A program made the position numbers and the translations under genes. Below are positions 26,001 to 40,592 of a stretch of DNA of 64,000 bases, in pieces (positions within the stretch are counted from its first letter, which is position 1; each line of letters starts with the position of its first letter). The notes beneath the pieces are model-generated. The model ran no database searches. It had not been told where the DNA came from and saw only the letters and a list, made by a program, of their open reading frames with translations. This DNA is from Sphagnum compactum (Eukaryota): NCBI GenBank assembly GCA_965153455.1, contig OZ234494.1:6014001-6078000 (forward strand), written 5' to 3'.

Positions 26001-27699
26001 GCTCACTTCCTCCTTCTCTGCTAGCAACATCATTGAAATCAAAGCACATGGAGCAAACTTGTTTCCTTTTATGAAAGACATAATCTCTGTTAATGATTCC
26101 AGTCTAGCTACCTTCCGCTTCCCATTTGCTTTGGAATTAGATAACTTGAGTGTGGTATGTAATGCTCATGCTCATTTCTAATGAAATAAGTTACAACAAT
26201 TGGGTTGTAACTTTCCCTTCCAATTGGTACAATCCCTTTTCATGATAAGCCAAAAATCCTTGCCACTCCTTCTCCAACGTCGATTTGTCTTCCCTTCAGC
26301 TTGACATACTGATTGGAATGGTTATAATTGCTGATTATTTCTTTCACTATTGGTTCATCAACCAGAGTCTAGTCTAACTTCCTGATCTTGACAAGCCCTA
26401 CTTTCTTTGCCAAATCTACTTTTTCCTCCATCAGAGTCCAAATGCTACAGTTTGTACAACCCAAGAAATTTATTTTTCCTAACTCTTCTGGAATTGGCAA
26501 TTTCTCTAACTCTCTGATTATGCGTTACTTTGAAGCACCGCCCCCACTACTCTCTTCCATCTCATGCTTCATCTTACCCACTACTAACTTCTATTCTTTA
26601 TACATGTTGAACTTCCGATTCCAAAAGACTGTAATGTAGTTTTGTAAGGCAACTCCCAAGGTTCTTTATAAATTCCAACAAAAAACTAGTCGAGCCCTAG
26701 AAGAATCACTTCCTTCTCTAGTTGCTCTTGCTTCTAGAAATTGTAAGGAACAAACCTCTCTTCTTGCTTTGCCTTTGTGTATTCCTAGACTTACAGCAAA
26801 CTTGATTCCAGAACATAATCACAATCATCGCACTCCTCTTCCTAGAAGATTTTAAATGTTCCCTTTTCGATAGGCATCTCCACTTGACGCAATTTCTCCT
26901 AACGCTCCTTCACGCTCAAATGGGGATGACTAAAACTCCATACGTCCTCAAAGTCAAAACTCTCAGGCGTTGTCACTCTAAGACTACTGTCTTCCTCACT
27001 TCTAATTTCTTCCTCTTTAATCTTTCTTACTCTTTGGTCTGGTGGTTTATATAAAGTTCTTTGCTTATCTAGGGCTACAAACTAAAAAGCATGTCGTTTT
27101 TATACGTATTCTTTTGCAAATTTCTCTCCATTAAACTTCTTAATGTATGGCTTGAACCGAAAATCTTCTAGCACTCCTTGCTTTGCAGTTACTATTCTGT
27201 TATGAATTTCTCTTTCACACACTTCTCTTGCTTTCACATTCCACTCAATAATCCGTTCATTATTTCTTTTTGAGTAGTCCTGCCACATGTGGTATTTGTG
27301 CTTAATGGCTTTCAATTTGGCTAACTCCTGAAGACATAGTAGTTGTTCTAACGGCCATACATGACACAACTCATTCACGGGCATGTTGAACATATCATGC
27401 GCCATGTCCTTCACACAAGCTAGTCTAGGTTGTAGACCAACTTTTCTATTTTTAATTAGCTCCTTTTTTATTTACATAAGTTCTTGGGTATAATGGTATT
27501 GTTGTCTTTTTCTCTCCTTTATAATTGAATTTTCTTGATCTTTTATTTAAAAACATTCTTGTTATGCCACTTCTTGAATCTTCTTCTTCAATCCATTCAA
27601 TATCATTTTCATTAAATGTTCCTATCAGTTTTTGGTCAATCCAAGGTAAATACTTTGGTTTGGTATGCAAGTTAGGTGGAAAATTAGGTTTATTTTTCT

Positions 27700-30600
27700 T
27701 CTTCTACCTATTTTAAACTTTTCCATTAATTCCTATATCAACTGTAACGATTTCTATTATTACATTGGTTGATGGTTTGTTATGGTAGACTTTTAATTTA
27801 TTAATATTTGCTCTTTCTAACCCCTCATCATTTATGGTTGACAATTCCACAATGTTGTTATCAAACATTTTTTGTATTTTAAAAGGACCCTTCCAAGGTA
27901 ATGTAAATTTACCCTCCTCAACTTGTGTGGCTTGAGGCATCCAAAGTATAAACTCTCCTTCTTAAAAACTTTTCATCTCTCCTTTTTCATCCCGATGTTC
28001 TTTGCGCAATAACTTAATGTGGTTAATATTTCCTCCAGCTTGCCAACAAGTTTCATCTAGTCTAAATAAATCTTCCATCTTTACTTTGATAGCTTTGTCT
28101 AGTTTTTCATGTGATAAATCGTGAACTTTTTTAGGTGGGACTACAAATTTTGTCGGCATAATTGGTTGAGTGCCATAAACCAACTCGAAGGGTGTATATT
28201 GAGTTGTCACTTTATAAGCTATATGATATTACCCATAAAGTAGTGACTAACATTACATCCCAATCCATCCAATTTGCATTTCCCAGTTTGGCTAATATTT
28301 TACCCAATGTTTTGTTAATCGATTTGGCTTTGCCCGTTCCCTTGTGGATAGTAAGTTGTCGACTTATGATGTGAAATCATAATTTTTTTCACAAATATTT
28401 CAATAGTTTTATTAATGAAATGACTGCCTTGGTCACTTATAAGATGGGTCAGCCAAAGTGAATAATAATTTGCTCATAAATAAATTTAGTGTTGCTTTTA
28501 GCCGTATTATCCCGAAGTGCTTTTGCTTCTACCCATTTAGTAGTATAGTCAGTTGCTACTATGATATATTGATTTCCAGTATATCTTGCTACCGATTTGA
28601 TTGGTCTTATAAAATTAAGACCCCATTTCATGAAGGTTCAAAGGCCATAACTAGTTTGAATGACGTTTTACCACTTTGCCATATAGGCTCTAAACATTGG
28701 CAAATGTCACAGCTTTGATAGAACTCAATAACATCTTTATGCATATGGGCCACCGATAACTTGGCGATAACATTTTTTAAGAATAATATTTGTGCAAAAA
28801 TGCTCGCCAGCTAGCCTTTCATGGAAATCTTCCAATATTTTAGACGCCTCTTTGGAAATAAGCATTATCATAAGACACCATCCGGTACTAACTTATATAG
28901 TTGTTTGTCATATAATGTGTAAGGTTTAGCCTTTATGACTATTTGACTTCTTTCCTTTTTAGATACATCATTGTCAAAATATCCTTTCTTCAAATATTCT
29001 ATGATTGGGCCATACCAATCAACTTGCACATAAAATATATGAACATTAGGTAATTGATCATTTCTTACTACTTCCAGTTCCCCATGACTAATTCTAAACA
29101 AGTGATCTGGTAAGAAATGAGCTTGACCCAATTTGTAAACAATTTTAAAATAAAATTCTTATAATACCAAAAGCCATTTGGCAATTTGACCTATTATTGT
29201 CGATTTTTTCACCAAATATAATAATGTTTGATGATCTACAAAGAAAATAAAGCTAATTCGTAATAAATAATGTCTGAATTTCTTCATAACATATATCATT
29301 GCTAAAGCTTCTTGTTCAGTTGTTGTGTAATTTTTTTTTGCATTATTCATAAGTATGCTTCCATAGTATATTGGTCTACCAATGGTATTATTTGGGTTTT
29401 GACCTAACATAACCCCTAGTGCAAAATTTGATGAACCGACATGCACATGAAATTTGATTTTCCAGTTTGGTACCATTAACAATGGCAAACAAGTCATAGA
29501 TGTTTTCATCCACTCCTAAGATTTATTACAAGCTTCAGTCCATTCGAATCCTTCATCTTTCTTTAATGGTTTGCACATGGGTGCCGCTTTGTTGGCAAAG
29601 TTTTGGAAATAACACCAATAAAAACCAGTTGTTCCTAAAAATATTTTTATTTCTGTCACATTAACTGGTACTGGCATTGTAATGATTGTAGTAAGTTTTT
29701 TGGGATCCACTAATAATCCATCACTATAAACAATTTGTCCAAATAAAACACCCGAATTAGCATAGAATGCACATTTTTCAGGGTTAAGACTTATCCCATT
29801 TTGTCTACATTCTTTTAAACAATTTTGTAATTGACTTAAGTGGTCCTTTTTATTTCCATATACACTAAAATCATCCAAGAATACTTGCATAAACTTAAAT
29901 ATTCCTTAAAGGCTTTGGTCATCACTTTTTGAAAAATGGCATGAACATTACATAACCCAAATGGCATAACATTATATGCATATGCACCCCATTCTAAAAT
30001 TAAGTTTGTCTTTTCTTTATCTTTTTTTGCCATTTTCACTTAGTTGTAGCTGCTATAATCATCCATAAATGAGTACATCTCATGTCTAGCCACTGAGTCA
30101 AGAATTGAATCCAATAAAGGTAATGGAAATGGATCCTTCTTGGTTTGGGCATTTAATTTTCGATAATCCACACATATATGCAATTTGCCATTTTTCTTTG
30201 GCACAATTACTAGAGGGGATAACCATTAAGTGGTTTCTATAGGATATATAAATCCAATGTCTAGTAATTTATCAAGATCTTCTCTAACTCTTAATGCATA
30301 ATTTGGATTCATTATGTATGGATTCTTTATAGCTCCATGCAAAAACATCTATGTACTCCATTAACACCTTTTTAATTTGTGTTTGAAATACACTTCGTAG
30401 TATGGCATTTATTAATACTTCTTTAGGTTATTTTTTGCTTCCCAAGGTGAGTTTAATTAGTTGTACATTCTTCAGTTGTCATTGTTTAACCATCAATCTT
30501 TTTATTTTTAACAGTGATGTTGGCAACTTTGTTTATTATTAAAGCTTCTCATAGTTGATGCTCATAAAAATACTCTGGATAATCAACTTTGTTTTTTCGT

Positions 30601-33250
30601 TGTACATACCAAAGTCTGTTTCTTTTTAAGAAATATAGCTCTTTTGGGTTACTTTTCCTATAGGCCATAATTCTAGTACTGCATTATAAAATTGCACCTC
30701 TTCTCATTTTGATAGTCCTTCTTCCCAATCGAATTCATCATTTAAATTCTTTGGATGTAATGATGAATTAACATTAATTCGTTTTATTATACTTAACGTC
30801 ATAATTCATTCTCCTGAAATAATAGTGAGAGTACTATCACCCCAATTGTGATGAGTTTTAACCAATTTTAGCCATGGTCGTCCCAATAACATGGAATAAG
30901 CTTCCACTCCAATTTCCATATTCAACATAGTCAATGAAATTTTAATCACAACCTGCCAAGTTGATTTTCAAGTTCCTAATCAAACCAATTGGCTCCACCT
31001 TTCATTAGTCAACCATTCGCACCACAAATGGCCGCTTGAGGTCTTTTCGATTTGAGTTTCTTTTTCAAACTCTCTGAGATAATGTTCACACTGGAGCCAC
31101 CATCTAGTAACACATCCCTTCAAACTTTCCCACTCGAACTTGAACAACTGGCATAGTTTCATCAAAATCTTCAACTTTTGCTGTTACTTTGCAAACGTCT
31201 GCAACATGATCTTCTTTCATTTCGATTAAGGACTTTTCCACCATTCCCTGTAACTGAGGACAAATTCTCATCAATTGTCCCAACTTCACTTCCAATTTCA
31301 AATTCATAATTACTTTTGTAGCTTTTGCTACTAAGTTCATATTAACTCCATACCCCTTCGGTGTCTCAACCCTTTCATTTTGGTTTGCCACTACACTCTG
31401 TGTAGTCCTTTTGTCTTGGTTCTTTAGATAAGTCGATTTGTCCTTGTTTAGATTGTTATCAACTCCCTGTGACTCACTTGCCTTCATCAAATTGACCTTT
31501 CCTGTCGACTTGTCACTTCCACTCATAATATGTTTCCTTCTTGTCATATCAACTTTTCCTGTTGATGTGTCCACTTTGGTTGGTATGCCAGTTCCTGCTA
31601 GCTTGGCATATAGATTGGTCAATTCAACTGATCCCATGTGACCATTTGGTAAATCGACTTCTTTTGTTGTTCCTAATGGCACTTCTCCGTTCAGCCTTCT
31701 TGTTTGAATAAACAACTTGGTTGATTCCAAGTTGGCAAATAACACTTCTACTTCAATGGGTTTATGTTCAAACTTCTAAATTTTTTGTAATCCCTTGACT
31801 ACATCTGAATGAACCTTCTTGTTTTTCTCCCATTTGGTTCGTTGACCCCTTGTAGGATTGACTTTATTTTTGGAGGCTCTTCTATTGGCATACTTGCCCT
31901 CTAACCTCGTGCGGTCACACACACATCAACAACCGACTAGTCCCATTCGACCATGGCCACTACAACAAAAAGTGTCCTTGTACGCCAAATAATTTCATTA
32001 GATTTTGAATGAATTCACTGGTTATAGTGAACGAGACCTAGTTGGGACATAATGAGTTCACTAGTCTAGTGAACAAGGACTAATGAACTACACCCACATT
32101 TTGTAGTAGTGAACATTAATTCCAACTTTCGGTTTGGAATTCTTCTCTTGCTCTTCCATTACTTTCTTCCACACATGACAATCAACTCTTACATGTCCTT
32201 CTTTTCAACAAAAAAAACACCTCGTTCCAATCTGTCGAAATCTATTATTTTGATTATAACCACGGTTATATTAATTATTTTGATTCTTTTGACCATTGCT
32301 TCACCAATTCTAACCATTTGGTCTTGAATTATATTGTTGATTTCCAAATTGATTATTTGGTGTGTTATACTCCTATAATTGTTTTTGCTTTTGCACAACT
32401 GGTGCTTCTGCTTGTACCACATGCACTGGAACAATTTCCGTCAAAGGACATCTTCTAAACACTACTTTGCTAGCACATTGATTAATATTATGATCATTCT
32501 GTTTGCATATATGGCAAAATTTGTTCAATAATTTACATTCTTTTGTAAGGTGTCCTTCATTATAGCAATTTTGATAATACACACTTATTCTAATAGTTTT
32601 AGAATAATCTTTTGTTTTTTTTTTCTTTGGTCTCCGTTTTTCTTCTTCATCAAAATCTTTTAATTCTTCACTGTTAGAGTTTTGACAATATCTCGTTATA
32701 CTTTTCTTTCTTATTGGCATCTCTTCTTCTATCATAATTGTCAATTCTACTACTTCCGCCAAAGTTTTTCGTGACATACTTATAATGGCCATTTTAACAT
32801 TGGTTCTCAATCCTTCTCTAAAGAATTCTCTTAAATAAATCATGTGGTCATTGTGGAATAATCGCACAAAATCGCAAAAATCTATTGTAATAATCTTTTA
32901 CATATTCATATTTCTTCTATTTTATATATTTTAAAACTATAACTGTTTGCCCTTCACTGCAAATTGCATTAAATTGACTGATGAAAACATGTACTTCACC
33001 CCATGTTGTTGCTAGATGGGCCGTCTCATACCTGGCAAACCAATCTGTAGCTCTCCTTTTAAGAAAATTTGGAAAGTATTGTAGTTTGTGATCATTTGTA
33101 TCTTCTCCATTAGTCACACATAATTTAGTTAATTGTCACATATGTATAACAAGATCATCATTGTCATGATACTTTGGTAGTTGAATGTGCAAAACATTAG
33201 TAGGTACAATGACCATGACTGGATTCACATTCATCACCATTGTAACAGTT
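27700..33250 (-). pseudogene. Disrupted gag-pol of the gypsy element
   Basis: Fragmentary ORFs 32373-32867, 31104-31745, 29516-29890, 29159-29509, 28868-29131, 28449-28631, 27962-28210 and 27713-27940 carry gag/RT/RH/IN motifs separated by stops and frameshifts. Confidence 0.9.
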
Positions 33251-34819
33251 ATTGGTTGTTGAGTTGACAAAGTTTTTATATTAGCCAAATTAGGAATTAG
33301 AGTTGTTCCAAATAATTTCTTTCAAGTGGTTGGTCATTACTTCCATCGTGGTTCAAAGTTCTTACTGATTTTTCATTAATTTGTTTTCTTGGTATTCGAG
33401 GCCACCCTTTTTCTATCATCTAGTTGATTGTTCCTAATGCGTTAACAATATTTTTTGGTGTATTCAATAACAATGTATTCAATTTTTCAGTTGGTTCTTG
33501 ATATTCATGATCAATGTTTGGTCAGCCTATTTGTGTAGATTGTTGAATTCCATCACTTGTCAATCCGTTTACTCCTTCAGCATCAATTTGAGCCACTGTA
33601 ATTTTCGCTTCTTCTATAGGTTGAAGTACTTGATATGTTATTGGTGAATTAAAGATCACACCAAGACCCATCCATCTATTATGTGTAATAGATTGTTGGG
33701 CTGCAATAGCAGCCACTTTAGTTTCCTTTCGATTCTCTTTTCTCTAGTCTTTCAATCTATTGTTCTCTTCTCTTTCTCTATTTCTATTCGACATAAGCTC
33801 CAAACAAAAATTCTTGTTTCTATTCTATAACCACTTCTACTATTATTCCCAATTGTTAATCCCATATAATTCTAAAATCATGATTGTAGACCAAAATTCT
33901 TTTGATTCAATTATTTCAAATATGTATTCTTCATTCCCTCTTGTTCTCATGACATATTTAGAACTTGTAGATGTAGGTGCCCAAAGCATATCACTTGGTA
34001 TCCATTTTTTTATTAATGCTTTAATGTTGGGTCTATTAAATTATCTTTTGTCCAAGAATTGAATTGAATGATGCGTTGCAAATTTTTTTTTATAGGAATT
34101 AATGTGATTATGCATACAATTACTAGTAACCATTTTCTATGTTTTGTCAATTCTGTAGCATCAATAATCAATGACCTATGTTGTATACACCACACCTTAG
34201 TTCCGCCATGTATTTTCTTAATAATTAATTTTTGTATGTTTTCTGATAACATTTTAAATTTCTCTTTAAAATTACCCCATTCAACCACGTCTAATGCATT
34301 CCTTGGTGTATGTAAATAATACTAAATATTCCACCCATAATTACAGTTTATTCTCAATCTTTGTTTAGTTTCTTCTATAGTTATAATCTCTTTCATCCAT
34401 TCATTTTCTCTTTCAATAAGAATCATAATCTACCATTTTTCGTAATGTTTTTCATACATCTTATTATAATAATCCAAAAGTAACATTGATTTTGCCATGT
34501 CTTGTTCATAATAAGTGAATAAATTTGGAAAAATAATACTTGTTTAACCCCCAAAACAATCATTTTATTCACTCTACTATGTTTTCTTTAAATTCTACAA
34601 GCACCTAGAAAATATGTGTATCCACAAGGTAATATCCTATAAAGAACATGTATTAAGCAAAATCCCAAATCAATTTCATCAATTTCCACTTTCCTTTCTT
34701 CAAATTTTATTAACTTATTTGTAATGTGGAAAGATCTCACATGAATTTGGAAAAATACATCTTGAAATCCTCTAATTTCTCTAGCAACAAATTGAATTAT
34801 CCCCAACATGGTTGCCAAT

Positions 34820-35362
34820 TGTTAGTGATATAATTTGACAAATGGTAATTTTGATTTTCCATGAATAAATTATCTACCTCTATATCACTACTAAGTCCTT
34901 GTCCTACTCCATTAAAATGAGTACCATGTAAACACCTTAATTAGAACAATATTCAATTCATTCTAAATCTAGAGATACATTCAAATGATTCCACATACAA
35001 TACTCAAGCACCAAGAAAGAACATCTTTTATATCTCCATAAACCATGAAGCTCTACAATATTTTGCTCCCTTCCTCTCTTTCATAATTCCTTTGCTTCCT
35101 TTCTCTCATAACATAATAGCAATAACATATTCACAATAAGCATTCAAACGCTCTACAAGTTAGTCAAAATATTCTTTTATACTTCCCACAAACAGTTATA
35201 ACTGCCTAACTATTTGGCAAATCAACTTGTCACAAATCGACTACACTATGTTGACATAACAATTTACTCTCATATTGATTTGCCTATACTCTTATAACGA
35301 TTTGCTTACTCTATCATCTTGACTTGTCTATATGCTTATTGTTCTATCGCCATTTCCTAACA
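34820..35362 (-). repeat. 5' LTR of the gypsy element
   Basis: tgttagtg...tcctaaca aligns with 22523-23068. The adjacent minus-strand TGGCAACCATGTTGGGG (34801-34817) looks like a PBS. Confidence 0.9.
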
Positions 35363-36410
35363 ATGATTTTATTTCCATGTTATATCATATTTTTACCAGT
35401 TGATAGTTTTATCCCTATGATTGGAGGGAGGTTCATTAAGGGATGGTAGTACACAAATACAGAACCTGATTTTTATTTTTTTTGAGGGGAATTGTTAACA
35501 AAATCTGGGTAATTATATGTAGGCTCTCTCCTTCATAAACCACCCAAAAACTCAACAATACATTGGTTAGTTTTGTCATTAAATAATCCTCAAAATAGTG
35601 AAAAATGGATGATTTTGTGAAAAATATGAAGTTGGCATGTTGAGAAAATCCTCATAAATTAGCATCAACATAGGCTGTTACACACTCTGAAGAATGTCAC
35701 TTACTCATAATGACAATATCATAGTCAATCATGGAAATTTTAATAATTTCAAAAAAATAAAATTTCAAAAAAATAATTCTTTGAATGAAAATAATTATTC
35801 GGTTTGGTCAATGTGAAAACTGACCATAAGTAAGCTGCTACTAGGTACTACTACTACTACTACTACTACTACTATGACACATGACAACTATCTACCCATC
35901 AAATAAGAGAAAGGGTGGAACAAAAGAAAACCAATTCCAAACAGAATTGGTAAGTGAAACCCATTTGGGGAAAATACCATTTCAGGGAAGATGTTTGCCA
36001 ACAACAGCAAGATCAACAACAACAACAACAGGAGGCAGAAAAACCCTCTGAAGAAGAAGAGAAACTGCAAATGAGGCAAACTAGAGAGTTGAGAATATTG
36101 AGTGGGTGATTGGTTTTGTTGCTGCTCCTTGTGTGTAAATAAAAACATGATGATGCTCTTTTAGAGTAGACTTCTCAGGCTGTTAACAGGCAAAGTGCAA
36201 GTTTCTAAAGGAGACAATGTCTGTCTGTGAATCAGCTATAAATTTAGAGATATATATATATGTAGGGGAGCTTGACCACTCATGTAGCAAAAGTACTTAC
36301 TATCCAATTATACCCAAATTCTATAGTAATGAAGGAGCCCCAAGTTTGGGAAGGCTCCCAAAAAGGCCAAAAGACCAATTGAACCTAATGAACTGACAAA
36401 AGCAAAAACC

Positions 36411-36645
36411 CCCAATAACACAAAATTTGCACCCATAATTAAACCAAAAATAGACTCGAGCAAGCTCAATTCCAGTTTGATTAATTTATTTCCCGTGCAC
36501 ACAAACTTTGGCGAGGAAGGGCTTTTTCAAGTAATAATCCCCACCCATAACACAAAATTTGCACCCAAAATTAAACCAAAAATAGACTCGAGAAAGCTCA
36601 ATTCTAATTTGATTAATTTCCCATGCACACAACTTTGGCAAGGAA
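36411..36645. repeat. Tandem duplication (~133-bp period)
   Basis: ataacacaaaatttgcaccc..aattaaaccaaaaatagactcgag..aagctcaattc..gattaattt..gcacacaaactttggc occurs twice. Confidence 0.85.
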
Positions 36646-39600
36646 AGGTTTTTTTTTTTTTTTTTCCTTTGTCATTTTTAGGTAAGAGGACGGGGCTACA
36701 ACATCTCTTTAAGCTCTCCCAAAGGCAACAAAGGGACATCGTTTCTATGGATTCCAACTTTCTTTATGGATGCCGACTTTCTTTTATGTGTTTTGGTATA
36801 CCACTTGGACAATGTTAACTTGACAAATTCTAGTTTTCTGCTGTCATTCTAAAGTCAAGTTTTGTTGGCACTGGCTCTTAAGCCCAGCAGAAGAGACTAT
36901 GATGTAATAAATTTTGTATTTTCAGTTTGGTCCCACACTTTTGAGGAAGGTTCAGCAGGTGTGTTTTATTATTGTGAAATGTGAGTTCGTTCTTTCTTTC
37001 TTTCTTTCTTTCATTCCTTCCTTCTTTTGGGAAACTTACTTCATCGAAACATTTCTTTGGTTTTTCTTCTTTGAATTTTGTAAAAAAAACTGTAGTCTGG
37101 TTTGAACTTGCTACAAATTGCAATAGACTTCAGGAGGGAGGAGGCCCCCCAACCTTGTTGTGTGTTTTTGTTGAAACCCATTGCATGAAAGTTAGTAACT
37201 TTTGTGTCAACAAAAAATTCATGAGATTTAAACACTTGTCCCAACTCCCAAGTTTGAGAGAACTAAGAATTGGATATTGAATAGTGTCCTGTGCTTGTGG
37301 TGCAAGTGGCATGTGGGTGGTGAGCATGTTACATTTTTCCACCTTGCCATTTGGTTGTGGGGCAATTGAACCCACTTCGTCCAAAAAAGTACCACCGTAG
37401 CCTAGGATTGGCATGAAAGCTTGGGGACCCTATTGTATGGTTTGGTTCTCAACCCATCATTCGTGTGCAAGTGGTTGCAAACCATTGCTCTAGTGTTTGT
37501 TGTATCTTATTAATTTTTTGTCAATTCTACTATACCCATGTATCATTGGTTGTATGCACCGGGACTTTTGGGTGTGCGATACATGCAACCTTGCAAGGTG
37601 GATCCAAACCCCCTTGCTTTGTGCTCTTCAACCGAATTTTGTTTTTGTTTTCTTGCAGCCATAAAAAGAGGCAAACAACAAAGAAGAAAAAGGGCAAAAA
37701 AAGATCCATATTTCCTTTCTCACATTGGTTCCTAGACTTGGGGCTTTCTTACACAGCGCTAAAACCATGCTCTTGTCCTACTCACTCGGGGTTTACACGT
37801 GTTGGCAAGTATATGAGTAGTAGTTAAATGTGGGGACTGGTTTTGATGTGTTGGTTCGACTTGTAAACAGTTGGTGAAAAAAGCATTCTTTGCAAGCATC
37901 TCAAACTTTCATGGGGTTGTAAGTTTTGCCCCCATCCCCTCCCCCCAATCAAAATCTCTCCTTTGTACAAGTCAAATATCTCCTTTGTATGACTTAGTTG
38001 TTGTCGTTTGTTTGTAGTGTGCCAAAGTTTTCACATTCAAAAGAGGTTTCAGACACCCCCAACAAGAACAAGAAGACAACAAAAGCCTGTCAACACGTGT
38101 CTAGGCAAACAACAAAGAAGGGGTGTGTCACACTGTGTTGGCCTTGCCATTTACATTCAAAAGTATCTTAAGGCAAAAGATGAGTGTTGAAAACTCAAAT
38201 ATTTCACCATGCAAAAATTATAATCTTCAAAAAATCCTCTAAAAGAAACCAAAATGATTTCTTTTTAAATTTTGAAATTATTAAATTTTCCATCATCTAC
38301 TATTATATTGTGATATGAGTAATGAAATTATTCAGAGTGTAGCCTTTGATGTAATTATGATGATTTTCAACATGTCTGTCAACTTCATATTTTCACAAAA
38401 TTTCATTTCCTTGTTTTGGAAGGTATTGGAAGAAAGCTATCCCCCCAAACAGACTGAAAGCTCATTTTGTTACATACGGAAACTTTAGCATGTCATTCAT
38501 CCTTCTTCCATAGTGGAACTTGAGCATTCAGGTGTGGTTTTAGTACCTTGGTAGAAAGTTCAATCCTATTGCACTTCAGTGGCTATTCCCCCCTCCCCCA
38601 CCCCAAAGAATTTAGCCAAAGTTGGCTATAAACAAGATATGAAAGTTTTTAAAAAAAATTAAAAGCATCTATCTATCTATGCTCAAATAAGTATGGGATA
38701 CTTATTCATGTTTCTATTAATAAGGGGGGGGGGGTGTGCCCACAATTTTAAAATTAAATTAATATTTTTTTCAGAAGGAGCTATTTGATTGGCCCATCAC
38801 CATTATTTTTGGAACATGGGCCACTGCCCAACATAGAAGCCTCAATATGCTTCCCTTCCCAAAATAGAAGCATGCTTTGTGTTGCCCCTCCCGCTCACTC
38901 CCGCCCTTTACACAACTTCTATATACATGGAAGTTGAACCATGGCCAAAACAATATGGGATAAAAAACATCTATGAGGTGCTATTGAGAACATCTAATGG
39001 AATGCATTGGAACACTATTGGGACATCTTGGGAACCTGGTGAGTACACATTGGGAACAGACCAAAAAAACAAAACATGAGAGAATTGGTGTTTGTGACTA
39101 CCATGCTTCTATGGACTCACCAATCATCATCTAATGTTCAATGTTGAGTTTGTTCATTGGGGTAAGGAAAGCTTCAATTGGGGAGTTACGAGGAGAGGAG
39201 AGGAGAGGAGAGGCTCATCACATCACACAAGAGAATTGGGGAATAGGACTTGAGGTCTCACTTTTGCCACTCATTCATTACACACAACACCTAGGGACCA
39301 CACCCACAAGAAAGTGCACTCAAGCTTTCTTTCTTTCTTTCTTTCTTTCTTTCATTGGGAAGCAAAAGTAACTCTAATCAATCCTTGATGCCCAAATGCG
39401 TGAGACACTTGGAGACATATGAGAAAATGTGGGGTATTGGGGTCGTGCATCATATTCATCTGTATACGTGTATACATTGTAGAAAGAAAGAAACACAAAA
39501 GCCCATATCGTCCATACTTTATGCTAACTTCCTCACTTGTTTCCACTATACCCGAACCTCTCAAGATTGCCGCGTGCCCTCTTTGCTGGTACTCCTCTTC

Positions 39601-40558
39601 ACATGTTTTGTGCCCTTTTTCTTTTGGTTTCCCCATGTGTAGTACAAGGAAAGAAGTGGGCTACTACTACCTATGGGTGTTTTTCCTCTCTTTTTGTTCT
39701 TTTGTGAAGTAAGAGCATCCCTTGCTCCACCCACACCCTTTATATTTTAGACTCTACTAACATTTATCGCATCCAATATGTAGTGTTAATTGTGTTTTCC
39801 GATCCTCATCCACAACCCTAAACCCTAAAGTGAGAGACACTATGCAAATGGCTCCACCTGGGCCAATCAAAAGTAGTTATTTTTCTTTTATGGACCTTTT
39901 TGGGAGATCGCTATACATTGTGCATATTCACAAGTTCAAACTCAAATTCACACAAAAATTTTAAAGGTTTTTTTTCATCCAAAGTGTTGTGTAGGGCCCT
40001 TACACTGGCAAGGTTGCACAAGGAGATGCCGAAGGTCAGAGTGGGCTTCTTACAATGTTATATGCAAAAAAAAAAAAAAAAAAAAAGTTTTTGGTCACAC
40101 GTGCTTAGTGGATGCTATGACCCATGTGAAGCAAACAACATGATGTTTGTAAAGTTTGGACTCAACCTACACAACCAAGCCAATCCTTGTGACATGAAAA
40201 ACACCTCATTTCATGACACTTTTGTGAAGGACACGTGGCTTGTAGGTAACCTTGCATGGTTCACCGCCATCACGAAGCATTGTCATTACTTATTAGATAT
40301 ACATTCAACAAGTGTTGTATCGACACCTGGTCAATGGGGGGCTACTATTGGCTTAATAGACAATAGAGACCGGCACAACACCCTTTGTCACTAGTTGGTT
40401 TGAATGATGGCAAAAAAGAAAAAAAAAACCATCTAACTTAGCCACAAATTTTTAAATAACAATCCAAGTAGTTCTATTTTTTTGCAGACAAATCCACACA
40501 AACAAACTTCAAACACAATGTGAAAAAGAATTGCAGTTGTATTATATACATGAGATTG

Positions 40559-40592
<34 letters not shown>

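Larger units (their letters stand above)
22523..35362 (-). mobile_element. Full-length but degenerate Ty3/gypsy LTR retrotransposon (~12.8 kb)
   Basis: Two ~545-bp TG...CA LTRs and a perfect 5-bp TSD ATGAT (22518-22522, 35363-35367). Minus-strand domain order is gag (two CCHC-type knuckles, CYNEGHLTKEC and CHICKQNDHNINQC), protease (VLLDGGSSVN), RT (YNVMPFGLCN, VFLDDF), RNase H (NYTTTEQEALA, FVDH), integrase ([24 protein letters not shown]), which is the gypsy order. Confidence 0.95.

Noticed and set aside
39813-39829. AACCCTAAACCCTAAA telomere-like repeat
   Set aside because: Only two units and not near a gene start.
39900-40394. 164-aa ORF
   Set aside because: It starts at TTG, runs through a poly-A tract and has no recognisable motif.
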